From a virus: a DNA stretch of 64,000 nt. Both the position numbers and the translations under genes were made by a program. Positions 8,460 to 16,565 of this stretch are shown in pieces. The DNA is taken from IMG/VR virus record IMGVR_UViG_3300026088_000013; one strand, 5' to 3'. Every line of letters starts with the position of its first letter. Position 1 is the stretch's first letter. The notes beneath the pieces were generated by a model. It saw only the letters and a program-made list of their open reading frames with translations. It was not told where the DNA came from and searched no databases.

Positions 8460-8557
8460 AATCACAAAAACCTGTTCTTATTGCCCTCATAGTGTTCTGC
8501 GTATTTACAGCAGTAATGGGTATTGTTCATGTCATTAAACTTTTAAGTAATGGATAA
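8456..8557 (+). CDS. Single-TM micro-protein (33 aa, not in track)
   Basis: MKSQKPVLIALIVFCVFTAVMGIVHVIKLLSNG; overlaps both neighbours. Confidence 0.55.
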   Translation: MKSQKPVLIALIVFCVFTAVMGIVHVIKLLSNG

Positions 8558-8978
8558 GCACGAAGATATCATAGCGAAAGCATTACGACATGCTCTTTCC
8601 GTGTGTGATAACTGCGCCCCAAAACCGGAGGGTGTTATGGAGTATATACGACAAGCAATTAAAAAGTATAATGGGCTTCCGCAAGCAGCAGGCCCGGTAT
8701 GGGTGAAGGCAACCCGCAGGCGGCCCAAAAAATGCGTAAGAGTTATTGTAAGACGCATAGACGATCATGACATATTCACAAGAACTGAAAAAGGAAATGA
8801 GTCCGGGCAATGGAAAACAGAGGGATGGTTTTATGATGATACTGAATGGCTAGACGAATCCGGACAGCAGGTATTCACCCGGGAGCAATTACGCGATGCT
8901 ATTGAAAACGCTATCCGAAACGATGTTTATTACAAGGCTATTAACGAATACATGAACACCAATTACCCAATAAAATGA
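8550..8978 (+). CDS. Hypothetical mosaic phage protein
   Basis: 142 aa in operon. Confidence 0.65.
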   Translation: MDKHEDIIAKALRHALSVCDNCAPKPEGVMEYIRQAIKKYNGLPQAAGPVWVKATRRRPKKCVRVIVRRIDDHDIFTRTEKGNESGQWKTEGWFYDDTEWLDESGQQVFTREQLRDAIENAIRNDVYYKAINEYMNTNYPIK

Positions 8979-9415
8979 AGATAACAGCTGCACAAAAACG
9001 GGAGTTATTAATTCTAAAAGAGTGGGGTAACGTTACAACAAATGGTTATTCTTTACGACACTTAGTTTATATGAGATTAAAAGAAAAAGGTCTCGTTAAA
9101 AACGGTAGATGGTATCCGAATGTTTTTACCCTTACTAATATTGGAGAAGAGTATGTTAAACAATTACTCAATAAAATGAGCCTTCAAGACAATATTATTA
9201 AATTCCTGCAATCTCACTGGAGTGGCGGGACTGTTACCGAAGAAATAGCTGCTGAATTCAATTTATCAAATAGACAGGTAGGCGCTATTATGGGGAAACT
9301 AAACCGGTCAGGTCGCGTAAGAACTTATACCAAAGGCACACTATGGATACAACATGGCCTATCAGCTAATTGTGCTCCAACGGGTCTTTCAAACAGTTAT
9401 TATGAAGCAATTTAA
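8975..9415 (+). CDS. Protein with two winged-helix-like domains
   Basis: RLKEKGLVK...TLTNIG and EEIAAEFNLSNRQVGAIMGKLNRSGRV. Confidence 0.65.
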   Translation: MKITAAQKRELLILKEWGNVTTNGYSLRHLVYMRLKEKGLVKNGRWYPNVFTLTNIGEEYVKQLLNKMSLQDNIIKFLQSHWSGGTVTEEIAAEFNLSNRQVGAIMGKLNRSGRVRTYTKGTLWIQHGLSANCAPTGLSNSYYEAI

Positions 9416-9434
9416 TCTCTAAATAAAAAAAAAT

Positions 9435-9617
9435 ATGCGGCTAAGCAAACACGAATTCTTCAGTCAGGGTGTAGAAAATCAAAAGCACCCTGATATTGTA
9501 TTCACATTTCGTAGAAAAGCGAAATACAAGGCGGATAAAAGAAACTTAAAGAAATGGCTTGCTCACGTAGAAAGGAGTTTTATCCGTTTTAAAGAAGAAC
9601 TTTTAACCTCTAAATAA
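9435..9617 (+). CDS. Small basic hypothetical protein
   Basis: 60 aa in operon. Confidence 0.6.
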   Translation: MRLSKHEFFSQGVENQKHPDIVFTFRRKAKYKADKRNLKKWLAHVERSFIRFKEELLTSK

Positions 9618-9625
9618 AAATCAAA

Positions 9626-9781
9626 ATGACAAATTCACAGTACACCCAAACCCGGAACAGCATCACCCTTATTTTATTCGCAACCGTAGCCCTTATATTG
9701 GCGATGGCTTTGAACAGCTGCGCTTCTACACGTTACGGCTGTCCCGGTGTAGCTGGTAAGATGGCAGGCTACCATCCGTAA
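9626..9781 (+). CDS. Micro-lipoprotein (51 aa, not in track)
   Basis: Hydrophobic stretch, lipobox LNS-C, mature CASTRYGCPGVAGKMAGYHP. Confidence 0.7.
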   Translation: MTNSQYTQTRNSITLILFATVALILAMALNSCASTRYGCPGVAGKMAGYHP

Positions 9782-9831
9782 TACATTACCTTTATTTAAA
9801 TATTTCGCCTATCGAGTAAAACTCTACATAC

Positions 9832-10332
9832 ATGGAGCAGTCCACAACCATATATACGAAGCTCTTTAAAATGCATTGGCGAGCCATCTACGGCTTTGTT
9901 AACAAGCGCTTAAAAGATGAAGACGGTGCTAAAGACATCGCCGAAGATTGCTTTATAAAGTTGTGGGCCAACATGGAGAAGATGGAAAACGAAAACCACG
10001 CTAAGAAATTCTTATACGTATGCGCCAAAAACGGCTGTTTCAATCTAGAGGCAGCGATGAAACGGCACAGAAATGAACCTATTACCGCCGTGCATGAGTT
10101 ATTGCCGGAGCCGGACTATGAAATAATCGAAGCGGAGGTATTAGCTTTCATCGCGGAACAAATAGAATTACTGCCCCCACAATGCAAGATAACCGTTAAG
10201 CTGTTCATAGCTGGTGTAAAGAGCGATGAAATTGGGAAGCAAATGGGGCTGACCAGAAAGACAGCCTTGAATCAGAAATTAAAGGCCATTGGCATTATAA
10301 GAGAAAAATTAAAACTTAAATTCGGTATATGA
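9832..10332 (+). CDS. ECF-type sigma-70 factor
   Basis: Region 2 AEDCFIKLW / YVCAKNGCFN; region 4 LPPQCK...EIGKQMGLTRKTALNQKLKA. Confidence 0.88.
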   Translation: MEQSTTIYTKLFKMHWRAIYGFVNKRLKDEDGAKDIAEDCFIKLWANMEKMENENHAKKFLYVCAKNGCFNLEAAMKRHRNEPITAVHELLPEPDYEIIEAEVLAFIAEQIELLPPQCKITVKLFIAGVKSDEIGKQMGLTRKTALNQKLKAIGIIREKLKLKFGI

Positions 10333-10538
10333 GCTACAAATATCCAGATGTTGTAAATCAAATGCGTGTCTATTGGTTAGAGGGCCAATGCGGTGGCCAG
10401 CTCTTAAATGGCCATTACGGTTACCGAGAAATTGCACCCGAATCAACTGGGCTATTATTGCTGCTTGAATTTGAAGAATACCTACCATTTCTAATAGCTT
10501 GCGACTTTTACATTACACGTCCTGAAATGCTGAATTAG
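10329..10538 (+). CDS. Hypothetical protein
   Basis: 69 aa, ATGA overlap, no TM segment. Confidence 0.6.
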   Translation: MSYKYPDVVNQMRVYWLEGQCGGQLLNGHYGYREIAPESTGLLLLLEFEEYLPFLIACDFYITRPEMLN

Positions 10539-10584
10539 TCCCGAAAAACCTGCTTACCTCATTACCCCTGTGCTAACAAAAAGT

Positions 10585-10617
10585 GAAGCCGCTCTGTGAA
10601 AACAGGCGGCTTTCTTT
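10585..10617 (+). terminator. Intrinsic terminator ending the early block
   Basis: aagccgc...gcggctt stem then tcttt. Confidence 0.8.
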
Positions 10618-10621
10618 AATG

Positions 10622-10798
10622 TTACAGTTTAAAAATACAATCTTCAATGAGATTGATCGCGTCTTTTAATTCATTGATCCGTCTATCGGTAATTTTCTGT
10701 AGTTCTTCTATGGCTTGGGTAGTGGGGTTTTCAAAGGATTTGCGGAGGTCGAGCTGGTAATGTAGCTCTTCTTTGAGTTTTAATACTGCGTACATCAT
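10622..10798 (-). CDS. Helical hypothetical protein (58 aa, not in track)
   Basis: MMYAVLKLKEELHYQLDLRK...EDCIFKL, AT-rich start context. Confidence 0.55.
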   Translation of the reverse strand: MMYAVLKLKEELHYQLDLRKSFENPTTQAIEELQKITDRRINELKDAINLIEDCIFKL

Positions 10799-10904
10799 GA
10801 TTATTATTAAGGTTTATTTGATGCTTTGCAGTGAGCGGGTATAGAAAGGAGCCAGCATAAAAATGCAGCTCCGTTGTACTTGTACCTTATTAGCAAAGAG
10901 TTTA

Positions 10905-10932
10905 AAAGAAAGCGGCTTTTTACACCGCTTTC
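10905..10932 (-). terminator. Intrinsic terminator after endolysin
   Basis: gaaagcgg/ccgctttc 8 bp stem with U-tract on - strand. Confidence 0.8.
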
Positions 10933-10984
10933 GCTAATCAAAGCCTTAACCGTTTTTAACCTTACCTTATTATGAAAAAAGAAA

Positions 10985-11533
10985 TCAAATAAGTCCTTTT
11001 AAAAGCGCGGCCGCACCGATTTGGATGCTTATGGCTTTCGGATCGAAATGCCCATCCGCTACATACTTACCAATATTAGGCGCGTCTCCGTAATGATTTG
11101 TTGCAGCCCAAAGATAAGGCGTATTAATGCCCCTTTTAGCATATCCACCTCCATTGTATTTTTCCAGCGTTAAAAGAATATTGGGCACGCTCCAATCGGT
11201 TATTTTGGTCATACCCTGCATTGTAAGGGCGTCTACGGCGCTTTCTTCCCATGTGAAGGGTGGATTACCAGCAAGCGGCCGACCGGCAGGAACATGGGTT
11301 GTACGGGCTGTGAGCTTATCTCCGTTATGCAGATGCCGGGTGAAGTTAAGGGAGGCCTCCATATTATGGATTACGGCTATTACATACCACGGAACATGGG
11401 TTGCATTTGATACCGAAAGATAGCGTGTGCCGTTCTTTTTGATCTTAAAAAGGAGGGAGTTTATTTCGTCTTTGTTTTTCTCCCGGATGACGGCCGTATC
11501 CCAAAGCTGCTGATATTGTGCTGGTGTATTCAC
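10985..11533 (-). CDS. Endolysin, lysozyme-like (COG5526-type)
   Basis: PWYVIAVIH.ME...HLHNGD.L...VPAGRP...WEESAVDAL...LEKYNG.GY...PYLW...GKYVADG. Confidence 0.85.
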   Translation of the reverse strand: MNTPAQYQQLWDTAVIREKNKDEINSLLFKIKKNGTRYLSVSNATHVPWYVIAVIHNMEASLNFTRHLHNGDKLTARTTHVPAGRPLAGNPPFTWEESAVDALTMQGMTKITDWSVPNILLTLEKYNGGGYAKRGINTPYLWAATNHYGDAPNIGKYVADGHFDPKAISIQIGAAALLKGLI

Positions 11534-11793
11534 GGCTTCTTTGTTTTAGCCCGCGCAACACTGTCTTCCTGCTGGTAGCGGCGGTATTGTGCGTAAATTT
11601 GAGGCTGAATTGTTTCAGACAGTTCCTTGTAATCCTTCGCTGTCACCTGATCCAGCTGGCCGTTAATGACCATCAAGTACTGGTTTACCAGCCGCGCTGG
11701 TATTGTTGTAGTGTACTGCCGCTCCTGTTGTTGAGGCGACAAGACCACGCAGGTGAATAGAACTAACGCGCATAGGGTTTGCTTTATGGCCAT
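11530..11793 (-). CDS. Small exported protein
   Basis: Hydrophobic N-terminus followed by QQQ. Confidence 0.65.
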   Translation of the reverse strand: MAIKQTLCALVLFTCVVLSPQQQERQYTTTIPARLVNQYLMVINGQLDQVTAKDYKELSETIQPQIYAQYRRYQQEDSVARAKTKKP

Positions 11794-12137
11794 ACTTTTA
11801 TTTTGATGGGTTTTTTATTACCGTCTAACCATTGGAAGTGAACCGGCTCCCCGCCAATAGCGGTAAATTTATCTTTTATAATTTGCATATACCGGTTTTT
11901 ATAAATTCTTACTTCGTGTAGATACATAGCGGATACAGGATTCCAACGGCCTTTAGCGGTATCGCTGACTAAATGCCACCCTCCTATCGTGTCATATTTT
12001 TCAGGTGGTTCTTTATACACCTTTACTTTGGCGGTGTCATCGCTAGTAAGCCAGATACTATCTCCCGGCTCTTTGGTGGATTGCTGCCCCTTTACAGAGT
12101 AACCAATTACTAGCAGTATAAAAAGTAAGCATTTCAT
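11784..12137 (-). CDS. Small exported protein
   Basis: MKCLLFILLVIGYSVKG-Q signal peptide. Confidence 0.7.
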   Translation of the reverse strand: MKCLLFILLVIGYSVKGQQSTKEPGDSIWLTSDDTAKVKVYKEPPEKYDTIGGWHLVSDTAKGRWNPVSAMYLHEVRIYKNRYMQIIKDKFTAIGGEPVHFQWLDGNKKPIKIKVWP

Positions 12138-12142
12138 TTGTT

Positions 12143-12367
12143 TTACCATTTTGCTGGTTTATGTGAGTCAATATCTATGTGGGATAACCCTATTAACAAA
12201 CCCAAAACACCAACCGAAGCCCACGAGAAACAACAAATTCCTAATCCAAACGCCCTATCCCGTTCAGTATAAGTACCACTGTTAGATTTTACATAATTCT
12301 TCCACAGCGGGTATGCTACAACATAGCCGCTTGCCCAAATAAGGAATATAATAAGGTTGGTTTTCAT
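12143..12367 (-). CDS. Two-TM membrane protein
   Basis: Two hydrophobic segments. Confidence 0.65.
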   Translation of the reverse strand: MKTNLIIFLIWASGYVVAYPLWKNYVKSNSGTYTERDRAFGLGICCFSWASVGVLGLLIGLSHIDIDSHKPAKW

Positions 12368-12669
12368 TTCGTTACTTTATGTATAGCAATAATATCGTAT
12401 GACTTACCATTTACTATAAGCGTTTGTATGTGAGTATGCGTATCTGTCGTGATAGATGCTTTAGCGCCCATTGCAGGAAACGCTACATTAGATCGCGCAG
12501 TGAATTGCACTAGCCACTTAGTTCCCTTAGCACTTAAAACAACAACTGAATTGTTATTCGGAACTATGTTTTCTTGTCGAGCAATTATAGTCCAAGAACT
12601 ATCTTTTGCTTGCGCATTTGAAATAACAGTTGCAAATACGAATAGAATAGAAAGGAATATGCGTTTCAT
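12364..12669 (-). CDS. Small exported beta-rich protein
   Basis: MKRIFLSILFVFATVISNA-Q signal peptide. Confidence 0.7.
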   Translation of the reverse strand: MKRIFLSILFVFATVISNAQAKDSSWTIIARQENIVPNNNSVVVLSAKGTKWLVQFTARSNVAFPAMGAKASITTDTHTHIQTLIVNGKSYDIIAIHKVTK

Positions 12670-13157
12670 GATTTTGTAAATTCAATTATTTTAATTAAAG
12701 TAGTAGAACCATCGGAATTTTCAGCCCAATTCTCAATCGGGTAAGTGTTATGCTCAACTTCTGGATCGAAATCATCGGGAACGAGAATAACTAATTTCCC
12801 TCCTTCCTTAACTGCTTCTTTCATCCTATCTACATGCGCTTTTAAATCAATGCCATTCCCAAATGGAGGGTTAGCTATACACCCGGAATGTTTTGGTGTA
12901 ATGGGATATTCTAAGAAATCTTTTATTACTACCACATCTGCGCATTTCTTTAACTCATGCTCCCATTGTGGATCAAATTCACATGCAAAAACGAAGGCTT
13001 TGTGACATTTTTCCATTACTGCGCGAACTAACGCCCCGTCTCCCGCAGAAGGCTCTAAGATAACTTGTCCGGGTTGAGGATCTAAAAGTTCAGCCATGAC
13101 CTCCGCTACATCTGGATGGGTAAAAAACTTTCTATAGTCCCTTTTAGCTCCTGTCAT
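12666..13157 (-). CDS. Minimal N6-adenine/N4-cytosine-type SAM methyltransferase
   Basis: FFTHPDVA, ILEPSAGDG (motif I), NPPF (motif IV); 163 aa. Confidence 0.85.
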   Translation of the reverse strand: MTGAKRDYRKFFTHPDVAEVMAELLDPQPGQVILEPSAGDGALVRAVMEKCHKAFVFACEFDPQWEHELKKCADVVVIKDFLEYPITPKHSGCIANPPFGNGIDLKAHVDRMKEAVKEGGKLVILVPDDFDPEVEHNTYPIENWAENSDGSTTLIKIIEFTKS

Positions 13158-13606
13158 ATCTTATAAAATAAAAAGGTTATTACTGCCCACAGGAATACGG
13201 CTACTGCGCGTTGCTGCCAGAAAGATAGCTTTCGCCAAACGGGAAAATTATCAACTGTGTCATCCGTCTTTTCGGAAACATAGTCTAGCCGCACTGTGGG
13301 ATTTGTCTTTGTCAAGATGCGAAACAAATTAAGCGCAACCGGATATACGGCCAGTCTTACCAATGCGCACAACGGCCAGCCGAAAGTGTTTAACAAAAGC
13401 GCAAATTTAAGCCAACCCCAATGCTTTGGGTTGCCGTATACGTGGTGATAGATGGTAATGCTAAACAACACGGCGATAAGGGCTAAGTAATAGCTCACCT
13501 TGTGATCGATGTTTTCTTTTTTGCCGTATACAATCTTTATTCGTATGGCATCTACGATAGCCAATAGAATAGTAAACAGCAGATAAATGGCTGATAGTTG
13601 TATCAT
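13154..13606 (-). CDS. Multi-TM membrane protein
   Basis: About four hydrophobic segments; start MIQLSA. Confidence 0.7.
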   Translation of the reverse strand: MIQLSAIYLLFTILLAIVDAIRIKIVYGKKENIDHKVSYYLALIAVLFSITIYHHVYGNPKHWGWLKFALLLNTFGWPLCALVRLAVYPVALNLFRILTKTNPTVRLDYVSEKTDDTVDNFPVWRKLSFWQQRAVAVFLWAVITFLFYKI

Positions 13607-13803
13607 TTTTGACCCCTCCCCCATCCGGCAGCAAGTAAGGCAAGACTAGTGACGGCCAATACTGCGCCTATAACCGCTACAACAATCCAATGGTTAGCAG
13701 CGGCAACAGTAGTTACGGCGGCTGATTCAGAGGTTATCCAGCCTCCAAATCCAAGTATTACGCCTGCAATCAGCATTATGATAATAATTTTCCCTTTGCT
13801 CAT
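13603..13803 (-). CDS. Two-TM small membrane protein
   Basis: Two hydrophobic segments. Confidence 0.65.
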   Translation of the reverse strand: MSKGKIIIIMLIAGVILGFGGWITSESAAVTTVAAANHWIVVAVIGAVLAVTSLALLAAGWGRGQK

Positions 13804-13823
13804 TTTATTTTTGGTTTTAGTGT

Positions 13824-14123
13824 TTACCAGTTGTTGTAAAATCTTAATTTAGTGACACCTTCAGGCAGTTTAGTTAAGTCCACTTCGTACCCCTCAGAAT
13901 CTTCCGAAGTATAATCGATAAAGTGCGTACCCTTTGATAAGGCGATTTCCAGTTTATCTTCTAATAATGATTCATGTGGTATATCGCCACCCCCGAAATA
14001 TTCTGATGTTTCTTTTGGCAATGAAACATCGGCCTCAATACATATTAACAAAACCTTCTTATGCTTTTGAAACTCCGGATCTGTCTCAGGAATAAAAGCG
14101 CGTATATGTGTTGACATGCCCAT
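13824..14123 (-). CDS. Phage hypothetical protein
   Basis: 99 aa, MGMST...EVDLTKLP....LRFYN.W. Confidence 0.7.
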   Translation of the reverse strand: MGMSTHIRAFIPETDPEFQKHKKVLLICIEADVSLPKETSEYFGGGDIPHESLLEDKLEIALSKGTHFIDYTSEDSEGYEVDLTKLPEGVTKLRFYNNW

Positions 14124-14126
14124 TAT

Positions 14127-14396
14127 TTATACTTTTTCTGTTTTATAGTTCCGCTCCATTTCTGTTTCGTCTATCTCTGATAAGGGTATGAAAGAAGTAG
14201 CTTCAAACCCCTCGTCGTTAGCATCCGGCCATTCCACTAATATGTAATACAAAATTCCCTCTTCATAAACGTCCTTTATTTTTGTCACGATATCTCCGTA
14301 CTTAGGCCCTTTACAGTTTCTTTTATATGTAATAAGCCCAAATAATGCTTTTTTATCTTGATACCAACCGGTAGTGTTAATACACACCAATCGCAT
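14127..14396 (-). CDS. Hypothetical protein
   Basis: 89 aa in operon. Confidence 0.65.
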   Translation of the reverse strand: MRLVCINTTGWYQDKKALFGLITYKRNCKGPKYGDIVTKIKDVYEEGILYYILVEWPDANDEGFEATSFIPLSEIDETEMERNYKTEKV

Positions 14397-14403
14397 ATAA
14401 TTG

Positions 14404-15042
14404 CTATTTAAATATTGATCTAATTACTGCACCGGTCACAGCGCCTATCCCGGCCCACAAACCTTTTCCTCTCTTAGCTTTTTTTAACGCCGCATGATCC
14501 GCTTGCCGTTGGGCTTCATAATTTCCAACCAGCTCTGATGCGGCGCTACGGGTGTTTTTTAAATCATCCCGACAATGGGCCAGTGCCGTACTATCTGCTA
14601 TTCGTAATTGTTCGTTTAAAATGAGTTGCCGGTCAAGCTCTCTGTCTACGTTCCACTTTACTTGCGCTATGCTATCTATTTGGAAAGACAAGTATTCGCA
14701 ATTTGTATATACTCGTGGGGTATCGTGCGCTATGAGGGCGCTGTGAAGCTCCTTATTAGTCGCCAGTATCACCTTACCACGGGCATCGAATTTTTGCCTG
14801 ACTTCTGCCAAGGCTTTTGATGTGGTGTCTAAGGCAACAGTAAGGTTTTGTATTAAACCGCTGTCTTGTTTATATCGTGCTTCCCCCTCTATGCTGTCCG
14901 ATTTCATTTTTTCAAGGAGGCTGTCAATAGCCTTGTCTTTAGAAGTCGGTGCGGGTACGTTGCACTCTTTGTACAGCATAATAAGTATAATGCCTACACC
15001 GATTATGGTTACTAAAACAGCGGCTAGTTTGGATATTTTCAT
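14404..15042 (-). CDS. Spanin-like coiled-coil membrane protein
   Basis: N-terminal TM, long coiled coil, basic patch then C-terminal GLWAGIGAVTG; lysis neighbourhood. Confidence 0.6.
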   Translation of the reverse strand: MKISKLAAVLVTIIGVGIILIMLYKECNVPAPTSKDKAIDSLLEKMKSDSIEGEARYKQDSGLIQNLTVALDTTSKALAEVRQKFDARGKVILATNKELHSALIAHDTPRVYTNCEYLSFQIDSIAQVKWNVDRELDRQLILNEQLRIADSTALAHCRDDLKNTRSAASELVGNYEAQRQADHAALKKAKRGKGLWAGIGAVTGAVIRSIFK

Positions 15043-15287
15043 TTGTATGCTTCTTTACCTTCCATTTCTAAATATGCCTGTGATTTACCTGAATAAAAAT
15101 ACACGCTATCCCTATTCCCTTTACTCATGCAGTCAATAGCTTTCGATATATTTAAGTTCATGCTATCAGACAAAGAATCAAAATAGCTTTTTTCGGGTTT
15201 ATTCTTTTGCAAAACTAAAGGCTTGTAAGACTGTTTGCAGCCAATGCAGAAAAGAACAATGGTTATGTATTGGATTATATTTTTCAT
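15039..15287 (-). CDS. Lipoprotein (possible outer spanin partner)
   Basis: Lipobox-like CIG-C at residue 17; overlaps spanin-like start. Confidence 0.55.
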   Translation of the reverse strand: MKNIIQYITIVLFCIGCKQSYKPLVLQKNKPEKSYFDSLSDSMNLNISKAIDCMSKGNRDSVYFYSGKSQAYLEMEGKEAYK

Positions 15288-15439
15288 TGTTTTACATAAT
15301 TAGTTAATATGGCAGAGGCAACATATCCCAACGTCCGAACGCGCCTTTTAGCAATTGCCTCCAACTTTTTTTTAACCGTAGGAGTAACCCGCACAGGTAC
15401 AATTTCTGATTTAGTCTCTTTTTTCTCCTTTTCTTTCAT
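15284..15439 (-). CDS. Ribbon-helix-helix (Arc/CopG-like) regulator, 51 aa (not in track)
   Basis: SEIVPVRVTPTVKKKLEAIAKRRVRTLGYVASAILTNYV; ATGA overlap with 15287. Confidence 0.8.
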   Translation of the reverse strand: MKEKEKKETKSEIVPVRVTPTVKKKLEAIAKRRVRTLGYVASAILTNYVKQ

Positions 15440-15463
15440 ATTGTATGCAAAGTATACATTTAT

Positions 15464-15494
15464 TTTGGACTATCAAAAATATTTTTTACCTTTG
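15464..15494 (+). promoter_or_regulatory. Consensus Bacteroidota promoter
   Basis: TTTG 15464-15467, 19 nt spacer, TACCTTTG 15487-15494. Confidence 0.8.
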
Positions 15495-15541
15495 TTTTCT
15501 CTACTAATCAGCCCCGAAGGGGTGATAAAGAGGGATTACCA

Positions 15542-15574
15542 GCCCGGACGCGTGATAACGTTCGGGCATTTTTT
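15542..15574 (+). terminator. Terminator/attenuator hairpin in leader
   Basis: gcccggacg/cgttcgggc 9 bp stem, then atttttt, 11 nt before ATG 15586. Confidence 0.6.
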
Positions 15575-15585
15575 AAACATTTATA

Positions 15586-15960
15586 ATGGATAATTGCATA
15601 GAATATAAGTGTAAATGCACCCGTGCGTGTGACTTATTAAATAGATGTGTATTTACTCACCCTTTAATAGAAGGTGATTACTTTCAAGTATTGGAGTTGT
15701 TAAATCGGATTCATGGCGAAAAAGATAAACTTCGGGCAATATTGAACTTTTTTCATAAAAAACAGCCCCCAAAATATCCAACCAAACCTTTAATGCTTAA
15801 AGGACGGCGCGGAATGGCTAAGAGATTTCAAAAGGAATTAGGGAGACGAGCAATGACACAACTCAACGCAGGCATGGAAAGGGGGCGCACAATGAAAGAG
15901 TTAAATGAAATAAAAGAAGCGTTTCATAAAATTATTCAGCAAACTGGTAATAAGTTATAA
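15586..15960 (+). CDS. Hypothetical protein, counter-oriented moron-like gene
   Basis: 124 aa, own promoter and downstream hairpin, N-terminal Cys cluster. Confidence 0.65.
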   Translation: MDNCIEYKCKCTRACDLLNRCVFTHPLIEGDYFQVLELLNRIHGEKDKLRAILNFFHKKQPPKYPTKPLMLKGRRGMAKRFQKELGRRAMTQLNAGMERGRTMKELNEIKEAFHKIIQQTGNKL

Positions 15961-15961
15961 T

Positions 15962-15992
15962 AAAAAACCGGGCTAAGTACCCGGCTTCTTAT
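15962..15992. terminator. Bidirectional terminator
   Basis: A6-ccggg-ctaagta-cccgg-cttctt between convergent genes. Confidence 0.7.
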
Positions 15993-16191
15993 TTTTTCTC
16001 AAGTGCCTTTCGCGCCACCTTATATCTTGCCAACTTTTAATGCAATAAACTACAAATCGGGCACCCATATATAAGGCACCCAAACCAAAAAGAATAGCCG
16101 CTTTCCAGTCCCCAAGGTTAAGGAGTATGCCCCATACAAAAGACAGGATGCCCAATCCGTTTATCATCCCTATGATTAATTTTGTTTCCAC
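15973..16191 (-). CDS. Holin-like two-TM protein
   Basis: Two TM segments and basic C-tail RWRERHLRKNKK; start GTG 16191 or ATG 16167 (upstream part of track ORF is overlap). Confidence 0.55.
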   Translation of the reverse strand: METKLIIGMINGLGILSFVWGILLNLGDWKAAILFGLGALYMGARFVVYCIKSWQDIRWRERHLRKNKKPGT

Positions 16192-16565
16192 AGACGGCGT
16201 AGGTCTTTTATAGATAGGAAAAGAATGATACCTACGACTATCTCCCACAGCATAGTGATAGCTGGTTGCACGTTGATGTCCATCCCTAGAGAATAGGCTA
16301 TTATGTCCCATATAAAACGAATTGTAGCCAACCCAAGAATCAGGCTGATATATAACCGGAATTTCTTTTTTAACAAGAGCAACAGAAAAAGTGCTAAAAT
16401 ATCCTTTCCCTTGTCCCACAAGAAATATGCTTCCGTCCAGCCTTCTTTAGAGAAATCGGCCTTAGTTAAGAAAATCAATATTCCGACTATAAACAATGCA
16501 ATAAATATGCCTGTTAAAGCGTCACTAAGGCGTTTTTGGCCCGGTTGGAGGTCTGTCCCCTCCAT
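16176..16565 (-). CDS. Four-TM membrane protein
   Basis: Four hydrophobic segments; start uncertain (ATG 16565, 16571 or 16583). Confidence 0.7.
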   Translation of the reverse strand: MEGTDLQPGQKRLSDALTGIFIALFIVGILIFLTKADFSKEGWTEAYFLWDKGKDILALFLLLLLKKKFRLYISLILGLATIRFIWDIIAYSLGMDINVQPAITMLWEIVVGIILFLSIKDLRRLWKQN

